DNA of 64,000 nt from Octopus vulgaris. Lineage: Eukaryota. The position numbers and the translations under genes are program-made. The stretch is taken from assembly GCA_951406725.2 (NCBI GenBank), contig OX597822.1:19654001-19718000 (forward strand). The letters are read 5' to 3'. The notes beneath the pieces are model-generated. The model saw only the letters and a program-made list of their open reading frames with translations, had not been told where the DNA came from and searched no databases. This document shows positions 26,020 to 36,156 of the stretch, one piece after another; the first letter of the stretch is position 1; each line of letters starts with the position of its first letter.

Positions 26020-27350
26020 TATATCATCATTTATCGTCCTTCTTCCATGCCATGCATACATGGATAGGATGGTTGACAGGAGGCAGCCAGGCAGAAAAAC
26101 CTGGCTACTGTGTCCGTTTTGCAGGGATTTTACAGCTGGATGCCCTTCCTAACACTAACCACTCTGCAGAGTGGACTCAGTGCTTTTTATGTGGCACTAG
26201 AACAGACGAGGTTAGTTTTGGCATGATTTTTACAGCTGGATGCCCTTCCAAACGCCAACCACATTAGTGTAGACTAGATGCTTTTAATGTGGCACCAGCA
26301 CTGGCAGGGTAACCAAGTAACTCACAAGAAATTATGAGAGGGGAACTTGTGTCAGAGGATGAAAGGTTAGAGTGTGACAAAAAGACAAAGAGACAGAAGC
26401 AGGTGTTTTGCCACAACAGAGGAGGCAGTAGATGAGGTGATCCAGTATCAAATGATAAAAGGTTAGAGTATAACAGAGAAATAGAAAAGCAGAAATAGGT
26501 GTCTTGCTATAGAGGAGGTACATGGTTACCCATAGAGAGAGAGGTATAAGAAAAAGGCCAGAAACAAGTGTGCTGATGTAAAGAAGATACTTGGTTACCT
26601 AGTCAGAGGGAAAATAAGAGAAGAAGGGAGAGTTGCAAATAACAACTTTAGTCTTAGCAAAGTTAACTTTAAGGCCCTTTGATTCCAAGTTTTGCTTCCA
26701 AATCTAGAAGTTCTTCTCCAATTCTGCTTCAGATTCTGTAAAAAGAGCAAGATCATCAGCATATAGTAGTTCCCATGGGCATCCAGTTTTGAATTTATCT
26801 GTTATGGCCTGGAGAACTATGATGAATAAGAGTGGACTAAGAACTGATCCCTGGTGTACTCCAACTTATATGTTAAATTCAAGGCCAACTCTCAGCTTAT
26901 TGACAGCATCGCTGTATTTGGCTTGAACTGTTTTAACTAACCACTTCTCTATTCCTAGCTTCCTTAGAGACCAACAAATAAGAGAGTGGGGAACCCTGTT
27001 AAAAGCTCTCTCCAGGTCGGCAAAGGCTAAGTACAATGGCTTACTTTTGGCCAAATACTTTCCTTGCAACTGTCTCACTATGAAGATGGCATCAGTGGTA
27101 CTTCTCCCAGGAACAAAACCAAACTGCATCTCATCTATAGAGCTATAACTCTCTCTGTAAATTTCATGACTAGGTCCAGCAGTTTGGTACCTCTGTAGTT
27201 GTTTCTATCTAAGGCATCACTTTTACCCCTGTAGCAGCTAACTATAAAACTACTATACCAGTCTTTGGGTATGATACCCTCCTGAATAACCTGATTGACT
27301 ATGCAAGTGACTAGGATGTATCTCACATCACCGAATATTTCAATCATCTC
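26020..27350 (-). pseudogene. Degenerate RTE LINE fragment (RT domain plus 3' UTR)
   Basis: ORFs 26866..27129 and 27135..27428 (YRGTKLL, QFGFVPGRST, FADLERAF) and LLYADD at ~26750 are homologous to the 37530..39428 ORF but carry stops. Confidence 0.88.
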
Positions 27351-28292
27351 ACTGTAGCGATGGTGGGAAGAGAGGAATTGCTCAGTGCCTAAAACATCGA
27401 GCAAAGAATATAAGTAGATACCCACCACAAAGAAATGATCAAGCTCAATAACAATCTACTAAGCAACAACTACCCCAAAAACATACTCTCCACTCCAATT
27501 ATGAAGAAAAAAGAGGATGAAACCAATAAACTGTCCACAGTCTGTCTACCCTATGTGAAAGGCCTCTCCGAAAAGATACAAAAGATATGCAGCCCATAGG
27601 ACATCAGGACAGTATTCAAGAATAATACAACACTTCATAAATATCTCATTCAGGTAAAACCACCAATAGAAGAGAATATGACCAAAGACTGCGTGTACTC
27701 CATCCCATGCAGCTGTGGTAGGTTATACAAAGGCAAAACATAGCATCCCCTCAAAATATGGGTAGAGGAACATCGCAAAGCTGTGACACAGGGAGATATT
27801 GATAAGTCGGGTATAGCTGATCAGGTATGGAAAAATGGAGACCACCTCCCCCTGTGGGATGAAGTTAAAATAATAGACAGAGAAGACCACTGGAAAATAT
27901 GAAGGCTAAAAGGAGCAGCCTATATACTAGGACACAACAACCTCCTAAGCAGACCGAGTGCAGATAGGAGTAGCATATAGGAACCGGTATTAAGAAAGGA
28001 TAGGAAAATATTAGATTTATAAGCCCTAAAAATTCACTCCATGGTCATATGACATAGTGGTTAAGAACGTGGGTTACTAACCCCCAAGATTCTGAGTTCG
28101 ATTCCAGGCAGTGACCTGAATAATAATAATAATAATAATAATAACATCAAAAAAGACCCTAGGAATGAGAACCCAGGTTTGAAATTTCCCCAAGTCACCT
28201 GAAGCCGAAACTTTGTGTTAACAACAAACAGGATGAGGATAAATATCCATCAAATAATGTACAAAGTTCCTCATCTCTTAAATATAGAACTG
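27350..28292 (+). mobile_element. Penelope-like element (Poseidon-type GIY-YIG endonuclease C-terminus) plus terminal repeat with a tRNA-like head
   Basis: Manual translation gives LPYVKGLSEKIQKIC...CVYSIPCSCGRLYKGKT*HPLKIWVEEHRKAV...KSGIADQVW...WDEVKIIDRE...RLK, with in-frame stops. It is followed at 28050-28290 by the terminal repeat. Confidence 0.85.
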
Positions 28293-29016
28293 TATTATAT
28301 AAGAGATGTTCATTTCTATTTTTCCATGACAAAGATGTCTGGTCATGGGGAAATATTATGTTGCTTGGAAACAGGTGAAGGTTTGTGACAGGAGGGGCAT
28401 CCAGCTGTAGAAAGATTGCTTCAACAAATTCTGTCTGACCCATGCAAGCCTAGAAAATTGGATGTTAAATGATGATGATGATGACAGTGGCCTTGCTGTT
28501 TCTAATTAATTCCATGTGTTTACTTATTTATCTATGTAGCTAGATAGATGGGGGTCTTTGACAGAAACAGTGTAGAAGGAGATTGAGGCATTTAATCTCC
28601 ACCAGAAGAATCAAAATAAACAATAATATAAAACAATAACACATACAGATGCACATACATACATTTATACATATGCACACACACACACATATACATACAT
28701 ACACACATACATACATACGTACATGCATGCACATACACATTGACCCACACACATGTGCACAAACAATCAAAAGGGAATGCAGTGTAAATGACAGACAGAG
28801 TCAAGACTACTGAAAAGGTTGCAAGACGCAATGAAAATTTTAGGAAAATAAAAATAAGAAATAAGTGGAAATTTTACCGGTGAGTGTGTTACATTATAAG
28901 GCACAAAAAGAAAATGACTCTCCCCAGACACAACAGAATATGCTTCAACACAAGAACTCATATAAAGAATCTTGCAAACCAAATCCAAAAATGAAAAACA
29001 GACATAGAAGACTTAC

Positions 29017-29123
29017 CTAAACCAGCATGACAATGGATGGCCACTTTCCCTTGTGTAAGAGCAAACTGCATTACTCGAACCATATCCAACAGCCTACTTT
29101 TTGACAAAGTGCCATAATCTTGA
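29017..29123 (-). CDS. PTPDC1: PTPDC1-like catalytic exon (QDYGTLSKSRLLDMVRVMQFALTQGKVAIHCHAGLG)
   Basis: tttatag/gtaagt boundaries; 107 nt, phase 2 to 1. Carries the HCxxGxG part of the CX5R motif. Confidence 0.96.
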
Positions 29124-29511
29124 CTATAAAAATATCAAAACATGATGCACATCACACTGACTTCATTTAGAAATTTATTTAATATTCTAACTATATTGTT
29201 ATATTTATTTGCCATTATTGCTTTGATCAACATATTGAAAAGCCATATTGCTTCAGAATGACTGCTTGTCTTCAAATATAATTACATAACAGTTAATTAT
29301 GTTTAACTTATTATAAATAAGTTAAATAGAATTATGCTAGTTAAAGATTATTAAGTATCAGCTAAATATATTTATATATCAGTAAAATGCAATTAAATAT
29401 CAGTTAAATACAATCATAAATCAGTGAAATATAATTATATATCAGTGAAATATAATTATATATCAATTAGATATAATTATATATTAATTAAATATAATTC
29501 TTACAACTTAC

Positions 29512-29533
29512 CAGGCAAAATTGTAGAAATAAA
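29512..29533 (-). CDS. PTPDC1: PTPDC1-like 22-nt microexon (IYFYNFAC)
   Basis: ttttatttcag|TTTATTTCTACAATTTTGCCTG|gtaagt. It supplies the otherwise missing IYFYNF motif and the needed phase 1 to 2 change. Confidence 0.9.
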
Positions 29534-31289
29534 CTGAAATAAAACAGAAATGCAATGTTGAAACTAAATCACAAATATACAAAATGTCGATCAAAGTAAA
29601 AACTGGATTGGATTGGATTGGAGTGGATTACCTATGTTTAGTCCACTGTAGGACAAAGGCCCCTGCATGTTCTATCCTCCAACCACAGTCTGATGTGGAG
29701 GCTATGAATTTGAGCTTGAGATCACACTGGTTTGATGAGCCTTCTCCGTCACCGTATGGGTATAGGTAAAAAAAAAACAAAAACTGCATCCCTCTGCCAA
29801 GTCACATCAAGCCAATGTGGCAGAATAGGCTCATCATATGAGTATGATCCCAAGTTCAAATTCACAGCCCCCATACCAGACTATGGTTGATAGAAAGAAC
29901 TTGCTGAGGTTTTTGTCTTGCAGTGGACTAAACATAGGCATTCCAATCAAGACAATAGCATAAACTGGATTATGGATTGTTAGCCATATATTAAGATATG
30001 CAAGAAGTATGAAGGCTTAAGTATGTAGAGTGTGTAATAGCAGTCAGATGAGTACAAAAATTGAAGTCCAGAAAATATATATCACAAACGGCTCTATTCT
30101 TAGTTCTCTAGTATTAATTTCATTGTTTAAGGAACTCTGAACCTCCTGTATAGTAAATTTTATTTTATTTTATTTTATCTAGTTTCAGCTCACGAGCTGT
30201 GGCCATGCTGGGGCACCGCCATTTAATGACATACTTTCTCATACTAGAATTTCTTCAAGAGTCTCAAAATAAACAGACTAAATGCAATGCTCTCTGAAGG
30301 TTATCAAGCCCCAAATTAAAGCATTAGTTTATAAGCAAATTCCCTTCGATCTGGATAATCAAGTTCTGTCAATATTGAGCCACTGAAAACTGCAGCTGAG
30401 GAAAATTCAAAACAAACTGCACCAGAAGTATCAAAAAGTTCAATTCAAGTTACAGTTGCATCATAAAACACCTTTATGAAGTAGCAAAAGTGCTTAAACT
30501 TGGCCAGTGGGTTCCATAGCCCCTGACTGTTTCTCAGCTTAACCCTTTAGCATTCAAATTAGCCATATCTATCCTAAATATTATATCTGTTTTATATTCC
30601 TGTGTAAAATTATAAAAATAATGACAAAAAGTGAGGAAAAGTGGGTTTTCTATAATCAATTTTTTTTATGTGCCCTTTTCAAGCCTGTGGCGTATGTATT
30701 CCTCCCAGCTGGACGGGACACCAGTCCATTGCAGCATTACTCAAGAAACAGGAAGGGATAGTGAGAGAAAGTTGGGGCGAAAGAGTACAACAGGGGTCGC
30801 CACCATCCCCTGCTGGACCCTCGTGGAGCTTTAGGTGTTTTCACTCAATAAACACACACAATGCTCGGTCTGGGAATTGAAACTGCGATCCTCCAACCAG
30901 GAGTCTGCTGCCCTAACCACTGGGACATTGCGCCTCCAAATCTATAATCTCTCTAAAATCATATTCAATGGAAACTATAATGGTTGGCATCATCATCATC
31001 ATCATTTACCGTCTGCTTTCCATGCTGGCATGGGTTGGACGGCTTGAAAGGAACTGGCCAGACCAGGGGCTGCACCAGGTACCATAGTCTGTTTTGGCTT
31101 GGTTTCCACGGCTGGATGCCCTTCTTAATGCCAACCACTTCACAGAGTGTACTGAGTGCTTTTTATGTGATACCAGCACCTGCACTAATGCTTTTTACAT
31201 GGCACCTTGGTTTTAGGATCTTCCACTGAAAACGGAGGATTCATCTCCAAATCAGGACTACACCCCACAGAAAAGAAAAAAAAAAAGAT

Positions 31290-31680
31290 ATGTGCTTAAT
31301 GGCATATGAAGGGTGTTGTCTACCATGAAGATTTAAACCAAAATGAAACACTTAATCTGAAGAAGTATTGTCATCAATTGGAAGGATCACATAAAAATTT
31401 GCAGAAGAAGCACCCATCACTGGCCAATCATAGAAGAGTGTTGCTCTAACATGCAAAACCACATATTGCCCAAGTCATTCAGGAAAAAATTATGGCACTA
31501 AATATGGAAGTTTTGCCTCATGGTCTTCACTTTTCTATCTTGCTTCATCTGATTATAATCGTTTCAGATCAGTGCCGCATTATTTAGGAGGAAAACAGTT
31601 TATTAATTGTGAAGAGATTAAAAATGATATTGAATGTCTCTCTGCTTGAAAGCCAGAAGAATTTTACACCTGATGGATCA
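31290..31680 (+). mobile_element. Mariner C-terminal fragment
   Basis: Degenerate GVVYHEDLN...EVLPH...LASSDYNRFRSV segment. Confidence 0.6.
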
Positions 31681-31883
31681 ATAATTTCATCCTTTCGGGG
31701 TCAATAAATTAAGTACCAGTTATGCACTGGGTCGATGTGATCGATTTAATCCATTTGTCTGTCCTTGTTTGTCCCCTATGTGTTTAGGCCCTTGTGGGTA
31801 GTAAAGAAATATAAAAATATCAATTATAACAAAGTATCATTTGATTGTTTCTCATGTAACAGAACTTTCTTTTTTAAATACAA

Positions 31884-32281
31884 CTAGCAGTATCGCCTGG
31901 CGTTGCTCGGATTTGTAAGGGAAATAACTATATAAGCATTTTTAGAGAGTTATAGCCAAAAAATAGCAAAAAAATGCATTAAAAATGGAAGAAAAATTAT
32001 GGTAAATTTTATTTTAAATCGTTGACTCATTGTAGACATTTTTAGAGAGTTACTTCCCTTATATAATAGCGAAAAAATGCATTAAAATGGAAAAAAACGA
32101 TGGTAAATTTTTTTTTAAATCGTAGACTCATCGTAGACGCGTGCTAATACGCAGAAGGGCTCGATATGAATCACGACTATAAGATACCCGGTTTTGGTTA
32201 AACTGCACCGCAAAATGTGGGAGTAGTTAGGAATCTAAATCGTAGGAGACAGACACACAACCTCTCTTTTATATATAAAGA
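31884..32281 (-). mobile_element. Non-autonomous Helitron
   Basis: 5' TCTTTATATATAAAAG ... 3' CTAG, between A and T, with a subterminal GC hairpin-like motif. Confidence 0.8.
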
Positions 32282-32289
32282 TATATATA

Positions 32290-34246
32290 CTAGCTGAAGG
32301 TGACCCGCTCTACGCGCAGGTAAGAGTGTGGTTGTTACTTTCTGTTATTTCCTTTCAGCACGTAAAAAGCACCATCCGAACGTGGCCGATTGCAGCGCCG
32401 CCTTGAGTGGCACGTAAAAAGCACCAACCGATCGTGGCCGCTGCCAGCCCACCTGGCACCTGTGCCGGCGGCACGAAAAAAGCACCCACTACACTCACAG
32501 AGTGGTTGGCGTTAGGAAGGACATCCACCTGTAGAAACACTGCCAGATCAGACTGGAGCCTGGTGCAGCCTCCTGGCTTCCCAGACCCCGGTCAAACTGT
32601 CCAACCCGTGCTAGCACGGAAAACGGACGTTAAACAATGATGATGATGATGATGATGATTCTCTCCTCCTTTCTCTCTCACTTTCCCCACTCTCTTACTC
32701 TTCCTTTCTCTCGGACTCTCCCTCACTTTCTCTTACTCTCTATCTTTATCTATCTCTCTCCCATTTATAAACAACAAAAGATCTTGAGTAAGTTGAGAAA
32801 TAAAATATTTACAAAGATCAATCATAAATATCAGGCAGTAACAATGGAAAGGTCTGCTTCAAGGCAGACAGCAAAACACTAACATTTAAAAGAGACAGAC
32901 GAACTTGCGAGCTGAATAAAAATAATAAAATATTGGAAACCAAAGTTTGAAGGGATAGAATCTGAGGATAGTAGAGTCACCATAGTTGGCATTTCTTAAC
33001 GACAGACAGCAACGTTTTGACAGTTTAACGGCTGGCGTAAAATTTTGAACTTGATGTAAAAGAAAATCCCTAAACACCAAGTTTTGAAGTGATTCTTTCT
33101 CACGACAGTAGACTCACCATGGCAAGCATTCAAAACTTCTTCATCATGGACGGCAACACATTGACGATAAAAAGGCTAGCGCAAATTTTTTAGCTTGATG
33201 TAACAGAGAATTCCTAAACACCCGCTCCTTTAAATTTTAATCCCCTTCCAGCCCCATTTAGACCCCTTTTCACATTTTGGTTAATATAACCCGATTTCAT
33301 TCGGGTCTACTGGGGCCACATTTTATAAGATGAAGAATTTTGTCATAGAGGTCACGCCTTTCATTTGAGGAAAAAAAATAGTTGTCATGCAAACTTGCCA
33401 GCACTTTTAACATAGGTCTGCATATTTTCAGCTCAACCGACCATATAATGCACACATTATATATGTATGTATATATGTGTGTGTGTGTGTTGGAGTCTCT
33501 CTCATACGTGAGCGTTGATGCTGAATTCGACTTTTAAGCAGGTAACCTTGTCTTTGCTGAAATAGTTGTGAGCTGCTGGAGTTATTTCTCTGACGGGTAA
33601 TAGGAATTTCCATATCCTCCGAGGAAACGAACTGTTGACCCAGACAATTAGAATTAATTTTAATAAAAGCATCAATTTAAGAAAAAATAATAAAGTAGTA
33701 AAAAATGAAAATTTAGCACCAAAATAAATGTTAAAATGTAATAGATACGAAAAACCTACGTTATCACCAGAACACGAACGCTCGTTGGTGTGTTCTGTTT
33801 GTATTTGCTCCATCAGCGCGTTGACAGGCAGACAATAGAATGTGATGGCGAGATTCATAATATTTGTTGTCATGATTGTGTGGTGTTTGTGGCGATGATA
33901 ATTCTCTCTATGAATGCAGACAGCGAGATATAGAATGCAGTTTGACGAAGTGAAAGTGAAGGGAAGGTAGGAAATAGAGTGAGTGAAAAAGTGCTGGGAA
34001 GGGAGGAAATAGCTTGAGTGAGTGAGGAAGACAGATACATTAAAGAATGGGAGTGGACTTGTCAAAGTGGGTTTTTGGCCCTAGCAACGACACCTTTTAA
34101 GATAGGGATTTCTAACATAGCCCACGGGCATCGTCACCTTATTTTACATGTCCCTGTAAATTTTGGAGTCAATCCGATGGGATGTAGTGGCCTTGTAAGC
34201 GATCCAAGTGGTCGAGTTAAACAAACTTTTTTTCAGTTTTATAAAT

Positions 34247-34249
<3 letters not shown>
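32290..34249 (-). mobile_element. Non-autonomous Helitron (~2 kb)
   Basis: 5' TCTATTTATAAAACTG ... acctgcgcgtagagcgggt hairpin ... CTAG 3'; inserted in (TA)n. Confidence 0.75.
32357..32659 (+). mobile_element. RTE LINE 3' UTR fragment nested in a Helitron
   Basis: Same terminus with a (GAT)n tail. Confidence 0.85.
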
Positions 34250-34286
<37 letters not shown>

Positions 34287-34310
34287 TTTACTTTAAGCAG
34301 CAGAAAATTC

Positions 34311-34362
34311 AACAAAATCTGTTACTCTGAGTTTCTCGTTGCCGTTCATCAGACAGTTTTTG
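34311..34362 (-). ncRNA. Putative minimal type I hammerhead ribozyme (inverted twin; sense in the PTPDC1 pre-mRNA)
   Basis: Reverse complement of 35953-36004. Confidence 0.65.
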
Positions 34363-35952
34363 CTAGAATGGAACTTATATATTAATTCAATCTATACTCT
34401 TACAAACGCTACACCTTTAAAAAGAAATGGACTTGTTTGATTGGCCCTTTAGAAAAAACGGTCAATCTTCGAGCGATAAACAAAAAGGTCAAAAATATAT
34501 GTATATATATATAAAAAAACTTATAAAAATTATAAAATCCGAGGAAAAAACCGAGGAAAAAACCTATTGCCGTTAATGAAGACAGTGCAAATTAATGCAT
34601 AGAAATTAAACCTGTTATAAATACTGCAATACATATTTATATTAAAATCTACATATATATATCAACATACACAAAAGGATGCGCGTAAACGCCATACATA
34701 CATATACAGACGTATGAATATGAATCTAAATATACACATAAAAGCATGTGTACATATATTCACGCAAACCGTCTCGCACGCAAGCTAAAATTCATCTATG
34801 TAGCAATTCTCATATACTGAGCAAGGAGGGGGAACGAAAGAAAGGGAAAGAGAGAAAAAGGAACGAAGGAGGGGTGGGGAAAAAACTTGTAACGATGTTA
34901 TTGGCATCTATAGAGGCCAGTATACATACACAAGTTTGAATGGATACATATACATATAAATAATGGATACATATAAATAATCGACGAATTTTGATTCTGT
35001 TTCCAAGCTACGCGGATATTAATCCGTATAGCAAAGTCTTATGTTTCTACATATATATTAGGAAAAACCTACAATCTTTGTTTTCATGTTATTGTATTGC
35101 ATAGGATTACCTTGATTATTTATATTACCTTGATTATTTATAAATGACCCAAAATAGGATGTTATATTTTATTTTATATGTCTTTCGTATATATTTTTAT
35201 TAATGCACCCATTTTTTAAAAGCAATGTTTTTTTTAAAAAAAGCAATGTTGTCAAAATTAGAATGTTTATATAAGTATGTGTATAGCAAAGCATATGTAT
35301 TTGTAAGCATGCGTATCTGTGTATGTGTAAGTGAAAGTATGCTTGTGCTTAAGCACACATATACACGACGGTATGTATATGTATCCATTCAAACTTGTGT
35401 ATGTATACTGGCCTCTATAGATGCCAATAACATCGTTACAAGTTTTTTCCCCACCCCTCCTTCGTTCCTTTTTCTCTCTTTCCCTTTCTTTCGTTCCCCC
35501 TCCTTGCTCAGTATATGAGAATTGCTACATAGATGAATTTTAGCTTGCGTGCGAGACGGTTTGCGTGAATATATGTACACATGCTTTTATGTGTATATTT
35601 AGATTCATATTCATACGTCTGTATATGTATGTATGGCGTTTACGCGCATCCTTTTGTGTATGTTGATATATATATGTAGATTTTAATATAAATATGTATT
35701 GCAGTATTTATAACAGGTTTAATTTCTATGCATTAATTTGCACTGTCTTCATTAACGGCAATAGGTTTTTTCCTCGGATTTTATAATTTTTATAAGTTTT
35801 TTTATATATATATACATATATTTTTGACCTTTTTGTTTATCGCTCGAAGATTGACCGTTTTTTCTAAAGGGCCAATCAAACAAGTCCATTTCTTTTTAAA
35901 GGTGTAGCGTTTGTAAGAGTATAGATTGAATTAATATATAAGTTCCATTCTA

Positions 35953-36004
35953 GCAAAAACTGTCTGATGAACGGCAACGAGAAACTCAGAGTAACAGATT
36001 TTGT
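35953..36004 (+). ncRNA. Putative minimal type I hammerhead ribozyme
   Basis: gcaaaaactgt-CTGATGA-a cg GCAA cg a-GAAA-CTCaGAG-TA-acagattttgt. Shows conserved core, GNRA-capped stem II, short stem III and a GUA triplet; stem I is ctgt/acag and extendable. Confidence 0.65.
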
Positions 36005-36100
36005 TGAATTTTCTGCTGCTTAAAATAAAGCATATTACTCTACCACTGGTATTTGAGTACTCTTTTTTCCACCTTGTTTCACATTTATGTGTTTACTCCG

Positions 36101-36152
<52 letters not shown>

Positions 36153-36156
<4 letters not shown>

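Larger units (their letters stand above)
34281..36102. mobile_element. Long foldback element: ~675-bp near-perfect inverted arms (34281-34957 and 35373-36035), ~415-bp spacer, ~65-bp 3' extension; Penelope-type inverted terminal repeat
   Basis: Identical 63-aa ORFs appear on opposite strands (34748+ and 35389-). The arms differ mainly by a 12-bp duplication (ccgaggaaaaaa). Both ends are flanked by (TA)n. Confidence 0.85.

Noticed and set aside
28050-28115. tRNA gene
   Set aside because: A and B boxes are present but there is no complete cloverleaf or acceptor stem. It is a repeat head. Other tRNA-like heads (12340, 16160, 45120, 52150, 62195) are likewise SINEs.
33502-34065. 187-aa minus-strand ORF
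   Set aside because: It lies inside a non-autonomous Helitron, has biased composition, shows no recognisable motif and has no splice support.
34748-35580. Two identical 63-aa ORFs on opposite strands, suggesting a duplicated gene
   Set aside because: They are a by-product of the inverted repeat: low complexity, non-ATG start and no domain.
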